Positions 1 to 11,200 of a DNA stretch of 64,000 bases are shown one piece after another. Source of the stretch: Eledone cirrhosa (Eukaryota); contig CAXHJY010001426.1 of the NCBI GenBank assembly GCA_964016885.1, positions 117,001-181,000 of the forward strand, read 5' to 3'. Below the pieces are notes generated by a model. It was given only the letters and a program-made list of their open reading frames with translations. It was not told the DNA's origin and made no database searches. The position numbers and the translations under genes were made by a program. The first letter of the stretch is position 1; each line of letters opens with the position of its first letter.

Positions 1-242
1 AATCAGGGGGAGATAATTTGTAAAAAAAATCAAGGGGAGATAATTTCCAGCCGTCCAAGGGGAGATAATTTTCAGCCGTCCAAGGGGAGATAATTTCCCG
101 CCAGCCAAGAGAAGATAATATTTAAAAAAATCAGGTGGAGATAATTTGTAAAAAAAATCAGGGGGAGATAATTTGTAAAAAAATCAGGGGGAGATAATTT
201 GTAAAAAAAAATCAGGGGGAGATAATTTGTAAAAAAAATCAA

Positions 243-466
243 GGGGAGATAATTTCCAGCCGTCCAAGGGGAGGTAATATCTAGCCGTCCAAGGGGAGAT
301 AATTTCCAGCCGTCCAAGGGGAGATAATTTCCACCCGTCCAAGGGTAGATAATATCCAGCCGTCCAAGGAGAAATATTTTCCAGCCGTCCAAGGAGAGGT
401 AATTTCTAGCCGTCCAAAGGGAGATAAATTCCAGCCTCCAAGGGGAGATAATTTCCAGCCAGCCAA
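243..466 (+). repeat. Example of module M1: long A block (9 monomers) with ordered variants
   Basis: Order: A, GGTAATATCT variant, A, A, GGTAGATAATATCC, GAGA(A/C)ATATTTT, GAGAGGTAATTTCT, 24-bp ATAAATTCCAGCCTCC, CCAGCCAGCCAA. The same order recurs dozens of times (e.g. ~990-1211, 4450-4672, 40400-40622, 63250-63473). Confidence 0.95.
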
Positions 467-629
467 GGGGAGATAATTTGTAAAAAAATCAGGGGGAGAT
501 AATTTGTTAAAAAAATCAGGGGCAGATAATTTGTAAAAAAAAATCAGGTGGAGATAATTTGTAAAAAAAAATCAGGGGGAGATAATTTGTAAAAAAAATC
601 AGGGGGAGATAATTTGTAAAAAAAATCAA

Positions 630-878
630 GGGGAGATAATTTCCAGCCGTCCAAGGGGAGATAATTTTCAGCTGTCCAAGGAGAGGTAATTTCTAGTCGT
701 CCGAGGAGAGATAATTTCCAGCCGTCCAAGGGGAGATAATTTCCAGCCGTCCAAGGGGAGATAATTTCCAGCCGTCCAAGGAGACATATTTTCCAGCAGT
801 CCAAGGAGAGGTAATTTCTAACCGTCCAAGGGGAGATAAATTCCAGCCTCCAAGGGGAGATAATTTCCAGCCAGCCAA
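630..878 (+). repeat. Example of module M2: long A block (10 monomers) with TTTTCAGCTG / TAGTCGTCCGAG / CAGCAGTCC / TAACCGTCC variants
   Basis: The same variant string recurs near 2710, 3665, 8310, 11175, 12860, 13845, 16710, 18400, 20680, 23220, 29810, 31175, 35955, 43910, 44865, 45820, 52520, 56120 and 57810. It is usually followed by the CAGAGGGAG and AAAAAATAATC B variants. Confidence 0.95.
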
Positions 879-1374
879 GGGGAGATAATTTGTAAAAAAA
901 ATCAGAGGGGGATAATTTGTAAAAAAAAATCAGGGGGAGATAATTTGTAAAAAATAATCAGGGGGAGATAATTTGTAAAAAAATCAAGGGGAGATAATTT
1001 CCAGCCGTCCAAGGGGAGGTAATATCTAGCCGTCCAAGGGGAGATAATTTCCAGCCGTCCAAGGGGAGATAATTTCCAGCCGTCCAAGGGTAGATAATAT
1101 CCAGCCGTCCAAGGAGACATATTTTCCAGCCGTCCAAGGAGAGGTAATTTCTAGCCGTCCAAGGGGAGATAAATTCCAGCCTCCAAGGGGAGATAATTTC
1201 CAGCTAGCCAAGGGGAGATAATTTGTAAAAAAATCAGGGGGAGATAATTTGTAAAAAAAATCAGGGTGAGATAATTTGTAAAAAAAAATCAGGGGGAGAT
1301 AATTTGTAAAAAAAAATCAGGGGGAGATAATTTGTAAAAAAAAATCAGGGGGAGATAATTTGTAAAAAAAATCA

Positions 1375-1480
1375 AGGGGTGATAATTTCCAGCCGTCCAA
1401 GGGGAGATAATTTTCAGCCGTCCAAGGGGAGATAATTTCCCGCCAGCCAAGGGAAGATAATATTTAAAAAAATCAGGCGG
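1375..1480 (+). repeat. Example of module M3: short A triplet (A, TTTTCAGCC, TTTCCCGCCAGCC) exiting through GGGAAGATAATATTT(A7)T(C/T)AGGCGGAG
   Basis: Stereotyped triplet and exit motif seen throughout (e.g. 33-135, 3065-3170, 4020-4125, 63635-63745). Confidence 0.95.
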
Positions 1481-1609
1481 AGATAATTTGTAAAAAAAAT
1501 CAGGGGGAGATAATTTGTAAAAAAATCAGGGGGAGATAATTTGTAAAAAAAATCAGGGGGAGATAATTTGTAAAAAAAATCAGGGGGAGATAATTTGTAA
1601 AAAAATCAA

Positions 1610-1915
1610 GGGGAGATAATTTCCAGCCGTCCAAGGGGAGATAATTTTTTTAAAAATCAGGTGGAGATAATTTGTAAAAAAAATCAGGGGGAGATAATTT
1701 GTAAAAACAAAATCAAGGGCAGATAATTTCCAGCTGTCCAAGGGGAGATAATTTCCAGCCGTCCAAGGGGAGATAATTTCCAGCCGTCCAAGGGGAGATA
1801 ATTTCCATCCTTCCAAGGGGATATAATTTCCAGCCGTCCAAGGGGAGATAATTTCCCGCCAGCCAAGGGAAGATAATTTTTAAAAAAATCAGGCGGAGAT
1901 TGTAAAAAAAATCAG
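1610..1915 (+). repeat. Example of module M4: GGTGG / AAAAACAAAA / GGGCAG..CAGCTG / CCATCCTTCC / GGGGATATA variants ending in a 4-bp-deleted monomer GGCGGAGATTGT
   Basis: The truncated monomer GGCGGAGATTGT is seen at ~1892, 5902, 7414, 9894, 15431, 22148, 24692, 27353, 28919, 33435, 38214, 41198, 43091, 47845, 50117, 51630, 54162, 59278 and 62233. Confidence 0.93.
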
Positions 1916-2048
1916 GGGGGAGATAATTTGTAAAAAAATCAGGGGGAAATAATTTGTAAAAAAAAATCAGGTGGAGATAATTTGTAAAAAAAATCAGGGG
2001 GAGATAATTTGTAAAAAAAAATCAGGGGGAGATAATTTGTAAAAAAAA

Positions 2049-2340
2049 TTAGGCGTAGATAATTTGTAAAAAAAAATCAGGGGGAGATAATTTGTAAAAA
2101 AAAATCAGGGGGAGATAATTTGTTAAAAAATCAAGGGGAGATAATTTGCAGCCGTCCAAGGGGAGATAATTTTCAGCCGTCCAAGGAGAGGTAATTTCTA
2201 GCCGTCCAAGGGGAGATAATTTCCAGCCGTCCAAGGGGAGATAATTTCCAGCCGTTCAAGGGAGATAATTTTTAAAAAAAAATCAGGCGGAGATAATTTG
2301 TAAAAAAAAATCAGGGGGAGATAATTCGTAAAAAAAATCA
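2049..2340 (+). repeat. Example of module M5: TTAGGCGTAG / TTGTTAAAAA / TTTGCAGCC / GCCGTTCAA / ATAATTCGT variants
   Basis: This ordered string follows M4 in nearly all copies (e.g. 6059-6350, 7571-7860, 27510-27800, 48002-48290, 62389-62680). Confidence 0.9.
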
Positions 2341-5300
2341 GGGGGAGATAATTTGTAAAAAAAAATCAGGGGGAGATAAATTGTAAAAAAAATCAAGGGG
2401 AGATAATTTCCAGCCGTCCAAGGGGAGGTAATATCTAGCCGTCCAAGGGGAGATAATTTCCAGCCGTCCAAGGGGAGGTAATTTCTAGCCGTCCAAGGGG
2501 AGATAAATTCCAGCCTCCAAGGGGAGATCATTTCCAGCCAGCCAAGGGGAGATAATTTGTAAAAAAATCAGGGGGAGATAATTTGTAAAAAATATCAGGG
2601 GGAGATAATTTGTAAAAAATATCAGGGGGAGATAATTTGTAAAAAAAAATCAGGGGGAGATAATTTGTAAAAAAAATCAGGGGGAGATAATTTGTAAAAA
2701 AAATCAAGGGGAGATAATTTCCAGCCGTCCAAGGGGAGATAATTTTCAGCTGTCCAAGGAGAGGTAATTTCTAGTCGTCCGAGGAGAGATAATTTCCAGC
2801 CGTCCAAGGGGAGATAATTTCCAGCCGTCCAAGGGGAGATAATTTCCAGCCGTCCAAGGAGACATATTTTCCAGCAGTCCAAGGAGAGGTAATTTCTAAC
2901 CGTCCAAGGGGAGATAAATTCCAGCCTCCAAGGGGAGATAATTTCCAGCCAGCCAAGGGGAGATAATTTGTAAAAAAAATCAGAGGGAGATAATTTGTAA
3001 AAAAAAATCAGGGGGAGATAATTTGTAAAAAATAATCAGGGGGAGATAATTTGTAAAAAAATCAAGGGGAGATAATTTCCAGCCGTCCAAGGGGAGATAA
3101 TTTTCAGCCGTCCAAGGGGAGATAATTTCCCGCCAGCCAAGGGAAGATAATATTTAAAAAAATTAGGCGGATATAATTTGTAAAAAAAATCGGGGGGAGA
3201 TAATTTGTAAAAAAATCAGGGGGAGATAATTTGTAAAAAAAATCAGGGGGAGATAATTTGTAAAAAAAAATCAGGCGGAGATAATTTGTAAAAAAAATCA
3301 AGGGGAGATAATTTCCAGCCGTCCAAGGGGAGGTAATATCTAGCCGTCCAAGGGGAGATAATTTCCAGCCGTCCAAGGGGAGATAATTTCCAGCCGTCCA
3401 AGGAGACATATTTTCCAGCCGTCCAAGGCGAGGTAATTTCTAGCCGTCCAAGGGGAGATAAATTCCAGCCTCCAAGGGGAGATAATTTCCAGCCAGCCAA
3501 GGGGAGATAATTTGTAAAAAAATCAGGGGGAGATAATTTGTAAAAAATATCAGGGGCAGATAATTTGTAAAAAAAATCAGGGGGAGATAATTTGTAAAAT
3601 AAAATCAGGGGGAGATAATTTGTAAAAAAAAATCAGAGGGAGATAATTTGTAAAAAAAATCAAGGGGAGATAATTTCCAGCCGTCCAAGGGGAGATAATT
3701 TTCAGCTGTCCAAGGAGAGGTAATTTCTAGTCGTCCGAGGAGAGATAATTTCCAGCCGTCCAAGGGGAGATAATTTCCAGCCGTCGCAGGGGAGATAATT
3801 TCCAGCCGTCCAAGGAGACATATTTTCCAGCAGTCCAAGGAGAGGTAATTTCTAACCGTCCAAGGGGAGATAAATTCCAGCCTCCAAGGGGAGATAATTT
3901 CCAGCCAGCCAAGGGGAGATAATTTGTAAAAAAATCAGGGGGAGATAATTTGTAAAAAAAAATCAGGGGGAGATAATTTGTAAAAAATAATCAGGGGGAG
4001 ATAATTTGTAAAAAAATCAAGGGGAGATAATTTCCAGCCGTCCAAGGGGAGATAATTTTCAGCCGTCCAAGGGGAGATAATTTCCCGCCAGCCAAGGGAA
4101 GATAATATTTAAAAAAATTAGGCGGAGATAATTTGTAAAAAAAATCGGGGGGAGATAATTTGTAAAAAAATCAGGGGGAGATAATTTGTAAAAAAAATCA
4201 GGGGGAAATAATTTGTAAAAAAAATCAGGGGGAGATAATTTGTAAAAAAAAATCAGGGGTAGATAATTTGTAAAAAAAAATCAGGGGGAGATAATTTGTA
4301 AAAAAAAATCAGGGAGAGATAATTTGTAAAAAAAATCAGGGGGAGATAATTTGTAAAAAAAAAATCAGGGGTAGATAATTTGTAAAAAAAAATCAGGGGG
4401 AGATAATTTGTAAAAAAAAATCAGGGGGAGATAATTTGTAAAAAAAATCAAGGGGAGATAATTTCCAGCCGTCCAAGGGGAGGTAATATCTAGCCGTCCA
4501 AGGGGAGATAATTTCCAGCCGTCCAAGGGGAGATAATTTCCAGCCGTCCAAGGGTAGATAATATCCAGCCGTCCAAGGACATATTTTCCAGCCGTCCAAG
4601 GAGAGGTAATTTCTAGCCGTCCAAGGGGAGATAAATTCCAGCCTCCAAGGGGAGATAATTTCCAGCCAGCTAAGGGGAGATAATTTGTAAAAAAATCAAG
4701 GGGAGATAATTTGTAAAAAAAAATCAGGGGGAGATAATTTGTAAAAAAAAATCAGGGGGAGATAATTTGTAAAAAAAAATCAGGGGGAGATAATTTGTAA
4801 AAAAAAATCAGGGGGAGATAATTTGTAAAAAAAATCAAGGGGAGATAATTTCCAGCCGTCCAAGGGGAGATAATTTTCAGCCGTCCAAGGGGAGATAATT
4901 TCCCGCCAGCCAAGAGAAGATAATATTTAAAAAAATCAGGCGGAGATAATTTGTAAAAAAAATCAGGGGGAGATAATTTGTAAAAAAATCAGGGGGAGAT
5001 AATTTGTAAAAAAAAAATCAGGGGGAGATAATTTGTAAAAAAAATCAAGGGGAGATAATTTCCAGCCGTCCAAGGGGAGGTAATATCTAGCCGTCCAAGG
5101 GGAGATAATTTCCAGCCGTCCAAGGGGAGATAATTTCCACCCGTCCAAGGGTAGATAATATCCAGCCGTCCAAGGAGAAATATTTTCCAGCCGTCCAAGG
5201 CGAGGTAATTTCTAGCCCTCCAAGGGGAGATAAATTCCAGCCTCCAAGGGGAGATAATTTCCAGCCAGCCAAGGGGAGATAATTTGTAAAAAAATCAGGG

Positions 5301-8220
5301 GGAGATAATTTGTAAAAAAAATCAGGGGCAGATAATTTGTAAAAAAAAATCAGGGGGAGATAATTCGTAAAAAAAATCAGGGGGAGATAATTTGTAAAAA
5401 AAATCAGGGGGAGATAATTTGTAAAAAAATCAAGGGGAGATAATTTCCAGCCGTCCAAGGGGAGATAATTTTCAGCCGTCCAAGGGGAGATAATTTCCCG
5501 CCAGCCAAGGGAAGATAATATTTAAAAAAATCAGGCGGAGATAATTTATAAAAAAAATCAGGGGGAGATAATTTGTAAAAAAATCAGGGGGAGATAATTT
5601 GTAAAAAAAAAATCAGGGGGAGATAATTTGTAAAAAAAATCAGGGGGAGATAATTTGTAAAAAAATCAAGGGGAGATAATTTCCAGCCGTCCAAGGGGAG
5701 ATAATTTTTTAAAAAATCAGGTGGAGATAATTTGTAAAAAAAATCAGGGGGAGATAATTTGTAAAAACAAAATCAAGGGCAGATAATTTCCAGCTGTCCA
5801 AGGGGAGGTAATTTCCAGCCGTCCAAGGGGATATAATTTCCAGCCGTCCAAGGGGAGATAATTTCCCGCCAGCCAAGGGAAGATAATTTTTAAAAAAATC
5901 AGGCGGAGATTGTAAAAAAAATCAGGGGGGAGATAATTTATAAAAAAATCAGGGGGAAATAATTTGTAAAAAAAAATCAGGGGGAGATAATTTGTAAAAA
6001 AAATCAGGGGGAGATAATTTGTAAAAAAAAATCAGGGGGAGATAATTTGTAAAAAAAATTAGGCGTAGATAATTTGTAAAAAAAATCAGGGGGAGATAAT
6101 TTGTAAAAAAAAATCAGGGGGAGATAATTTGTTAAAAAATCAAGGGGAGATAATTTGCAGCCGTCCAAGGGGAGATAATTTTCAGCCGTCCAAGGAGAGG
6201 TAATTTCTAGCCGTCCAAGGGGAGATAATTTCCAGCCGTCCAAGGGGAGATAATTTCCAGCCGTTCAAGGGGAGATAATTTTTAAAAAAAAATCAGGCGG
6301 AGATAATTTATAAAAAAAAATCAGGGGGAGATAATTCGTAAAAAAAAATCAGGGGGAGATAATTTGTAAAAAAAATCAGGGGGAGATAATTTGTAAAAAA
6401 ATCAAGGGGAGATAATTTCCAGCCGTCCAAGGGGAGATAATTTTTTAAAAAATCAGGTGGAGATAATTTGTAAAAAAAATCAGGGGGAGATAATTTGTAA
6501 AAAAAAATCAGGGGGAGATAATTTGTAAAAAAAAATCAAGGGGAGATAATTTCCAGCCGTCCAAGGGGAGATAATTTTCAGACGTCCAAGGGGAGATAAT
6601 TTCCCGCCAGCCAAGGGAAGATAATATTTAAAAAAATTAGGCGGAGATAATTTGTAAAAAAAATCAGGGGGAGATAATTTGTAAAAAAATCAGGGGGAGA
6701 TAATTTCCAGCCGTCCAAGGGGAGGTAATATCTAGCCGTCCAAGGGGAGATAATTTCCAGCCGTCCAAGGGGAGATAATTTCCAGCCGTCCAAGGGTAGA
6801 TAATATCCAGCCGTCCAAGGAGACATATTTTCCAGCCTTCCAAGGAGAGGTAATTTCTAGCCGTCCAAGGGGAGATAAATTCCAGCCTCCAAGGGGAGAT
6901 AATTTCCAGCCAGCCAAGGGGAGATAATTTGTAAAAAAATCAGGGGGAGATAATTTGTAAAAAAAATCAGGGTGAGATAATTTGTAAAAAAAAATCAGGG
7001 GGAGATAATTTGTAAAAAAAAATCAGGGGGAGATAATTTGTAAAAAAAAATCAGGGGGAGATAATTTGTAAAAAAAATCAAGGGGAGATAATTTCCAGCC
7101 GTCCAAGGGGAGATAATTTTCAGCCGTCCAAGGGGAGATAATTTCCAGCCGTCCAAGGGAAGATAATTTTTTTAAAAATCAGGTGGAGATAATTTGTAAA
7201 AAAAATCAGGGTTAGATAATTTGTAAAAACAAAATCAAGGGCAGATAATTTCCAGCTGTCCAAGGGGAGATAATTTCCAGCCGTCCAAGGGGAGATGATT
7301 TCCAGCCGTCCAAGGGGAGATAATTTCCATCCTTCCAAGGGGATATAATTTCCAGCCGTCCAAGGGGAGATAATTTCCCGCCAGCCAAGGGAAGATAATT
7401 TTTTAAAAAATCAGGCGGAGATTGTAAAAAAAATCAGGGTGGAGATAATTTGTAAAAAAATCAGGGGGAAATAATTTGTAAAAAAAAATCAGGGGGAGAT
7501 AATTTGTAAAAAAAATCAGGGGGAGATAATTTGTAAAAAAAAATCAGGGGGAGATAATTAGTAAAAAAAATTAGGCGTAGATAATTTGTAAAAAAAAATC
7601 AGGGGGAGATAATTTGTAAAAAAAAATCAGGGGGAGATAATTTGTTAAAAAATCAAGGGGAGATAATTTGCAGCCGTCCAAGGGGAGATAATTTTCAGCC
7701 GTCCAAGGAGAGGTAATTTCTAGCCGTCCAAGGGGAGATAATTTCCAGCCGTCCAAGGGGAGATAATTTCCAGCCGTTCAAGGGGAGATAATTTTTAAAA
7801 AAAAATCAGGCGGAGATAATTTGTAAAAAAAAATCAGGGTGAGATAATTCGTAAAAAAAAATCAGGGGGAGATAATTTGTAAAAAAAAATTAGGGGGAGA
7901 TAAATTGTAAAAAAAATCAAGGGGAGATAATTTCCAGCCGTCCAAGGGGAGGTAATATCTAGCCGTCCAAGGGGAGATAATTTCCAGCCGTCCAAGGGGA
8001 GATAATTTCCAGCCGTCCAAGGGGAGATAATTTCCAGCCGTCCAAGGAGACATATTTTCCAGCCGTCCAAGGCGAGGTAATTTCTAGCCGTCCAAGGGGA
8101 GATAAATTCCAGCCTCCAAGGGGAGATAATTTCCAGCCAGCCAAGGGGAGATAATTTGTAAAAAAATCAGGGGGAGATAATTTGTAAAAAATATCAGGGG
8201 GAGATAATTTGTAAAAAAAA

Positions 8221-11200
8221 TCAGGGGGAGATAATTTGTAAAAAAAAATTAGGGGGAGATAATTTGTAAAAAAAATCAGGGGGAGATAATTTGTAAAAAA
8301 AATCAAGGGGAGATAATTTCCAGCCGTCCAAGGGGAGATAATTTTCAGCTGTCCAAGGAGAGGTAATTTCTAGTCGTCCGAGGAGAGATAATTTCCAGCT
8401 GTCCAAGGGGAGATAATTTCCAGCCGTCCAAGGGGAGATAATTTCCAGCCGTCCAAGGAGAGGTAATTTCTAACCGTCCAAGGGGAGATAAATTCCAGCC
8501 TCCAAGGGGAGATAATTTCCAGCCAGCCAAGGGGAGATAATTTGTAAAAAAAATCAGAGGGAGATAATTTGTAAAAAAAAATCAGGGGGAGATAATTTGT
8601 AAAAAATAATCAGGGGGAGATAATTTGTAAAAAAATCAAGGGGAGATAATTTCCAGCCGTCCAAGGGGAGATAATTTTCAGCCGTCCAAGGGGAGATAAT
8701 TTCCCGCCAGCCAAGGGAAGATAATATTTAAAAAAATTAGGCGGAGATAATTTGTAAAAAAAATCGGGGGGAGATAATTTGTAAAAAAATCAGGGGGAGA
8801 TAATTTGTAAAAAAAATCAGGGGGAGATAATTTGTAAAAAAAATCAGGGGGAGATAATTTGTAAAAAAAAATCAGGGGTAGATAATTTGTAAAAAAAAAT
8901 CAGGGGGAGATAATTTGTAAAAAAAAATCAGGGAGAGATAATTTGTAAAAAAAATCAGGGGGAGATAATTTGTAAAAAAAAATCAGGGGTAGATAATTTG
9001 TAAAAAAAAATCAGGGGGTGATAATTTGTAAAAAAAAATCAGGGGGAGATAATTTGTAAAAAAAATCAAGGGGAGATAATTTCCAGCCGTCCTAGGGGAG
9101 CTAATATCTAGCCGTCCAAGGGGAGATAATTTCCAGCCGTCCAAGGGGAGATAATTTCCAGCCGTCCAAGGGTAGATAATATCCAGCCGTCCAAGGACAT
9201 ATTTTCCAGCCGTCCAAGGAGAGGTAATTTCTAGCCGTCCAAGGGGAGATAAATTCCAGCCTCCAAGGGGAGATAATTTCCAGCCAGCTAAGGGGAGATA
9301 ATTTGTAAAAAAATCAGGGGGAGATAATTTGTAAAAAAATCAGGGGGAGATAATTTGTAAAAAAAAATCAGGGGGAGATAATTTGTAAAAAAAAATCAGG
9401 GGGAGATAATTTGTAAAAAAAAATCAGGGGGAGATAATTTGTAAAAAAAATCAAGGGGAGATAATTTCCAGCCGTCCAAGGGGAGATAATTTTCAGCCGT
9501 CCAAGGGGAGATAATTTCCCGCCAGCCAAGAGAAGATAATATTTAAAAAAATCAGGCGGAGATAATTTGTAAAAAAAATCAGGGGGAGATAATTTGTAAA
9601 AAAATCAGGGGGAGATAATTTGTAAAAAAAATCAGGGGGAGATAATTTGTAAAAAAATCAAGGGGAGATAATTTCCAGCCGTCCAAAGGGAGATAATTTT
9701 TTAAAAAATCAGGTGGAGATAATTTGTAAAAAAAATCAGGGGGAGATAATTTGTAAAAACAAAATCAAGGGCAGATAATTTCCAGCTGTCCAAGGGGAGG
9801 TAATTTCCAGCCGTCCAAGGGGATATAATTTCCAGCCGTCCAAGGGGAGATAATTTCCCGCCAGCCAAGGGAAGATAATTTTTTAAAAAATCAGGCGGAG
9901 ATTGTAAAAAAAATCAGAGGGGAGATAATTTGTAAAAAAATCAGGGGGATAATTTGTAAAAAAAAATCAGGGGGAGATAATTTGTAAAAAAAATCAGGGG
10001 GAGATAATTTGTAAAAAAAAATCAGGGGGAGATAATTTGTAAAAAAAATTAGGCGTAGATAATTTGTAAAAAAAAATCAGGGGGAGATAATTTGTAAAAA
10101 AAAATCAGGGGGAGATAATTTGTTAAAAAATCAAGGGGAGATAATTTGCAGCCGTCCAAGGGGAGATAATTTTCAGCCGTCCAAGGAGAGGTAATTTCTA
10201 GCCGTCCAAGGGGAGATAATTTTTAAAAAAAAATCAGGCGGAGATAATTTCTAAAAAAAAATCAGGGGGAGATGATTCGTAAAAAAAAATCAGGGGGAGA
10301 TAATTTGTAAAAAAAAATCAGGGGGAGATAATTTGTAAAAAAAATCAAGGGGAGATAATTTCCAGCCGTCCAAGGGGAGGTAATATCTAGCCGTCCAAGG
10401 GGAGATAATTTCCAGCCGTCCAAGGGGAGATAATTTCCAGCCGTCCAAGGGGAGATAATTTCCAGCCGTCCAAGGGGATATAATTTCCAGCCGTCCAAGG
10501 GTAGATAATATCCAGCCGTCCAAGGAGACATATTTTCCAGCCGTCCAAGGAGAGGTAATTTCTAGCCGTCCAAGGGGAGATAAATTCCAGCCTCCAAGGG
10601 GAGATAATTTCCAGCCAGCCAAGGGGAGATAATTTGTAAAAAAATCAGGGGGAGATAATTTGTAAAAAAAATCAGGGTGAGATAATTTGTAAAAAAAAAT
10701 CAGGGGGAGATAATTTGTAAAAAAAAATCAGGGGGAGATAATTTGTAAAAAAAAATCAGGGGGAGATAATTTGTAAAAAAACCAAGGGGAGATAATTTCC
10801 AGCCGTCCAAGGGGAGGTAATATCTAGCCGTCCAAGGGGAGATAATTTCCAGCCGTCCAAGGGGAGATAATTTCCAGCCGTCCAAGGGGAGATAATTTCC
10901 AGCCGTCCAAGGAGACATATTTTCCAGCCGTCCAAGGCGAGGTAATTTCTAGCCGTCCAAGGGGAGATAAATTCCAGCCTCCAAGGGGAGATAATTTCCA
11001 GCCAGCCAAGGGGAGATAATTTGTAAAAAAATCAGGGGGAGATAATTTGTAAAAAATATCAGGGGGAGATAATTTGTAAAAAAAATCAGGGGGAGATAAT
11101 TTGTAAAATAAAATCAGGGGGAGATAATTTGTAAAAAAAAATCAGGGGGAGATAATTTGTAAAAAAAATCAAGGGGAGATAATTTCCAGCCGTCCAAGGG

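Noticed and set aside
31-60. NF-kB/Rel-like (GGGG...TTTCC) or NFAT-like (TGGAAA on minus strand) sites
   Set aside because: The spacing is too long for the GGGRNWYYCC consensus, the NFAT match is a chance-level 6-mer, and the host is unknown.
4100-4450. T7-T10 runs on the minus strand as intrinsic or Pol III terminators
   Set aside because: No GC-rich hairpin precedes them and there is no upstream gene or A/B box; they are just the B spacer.
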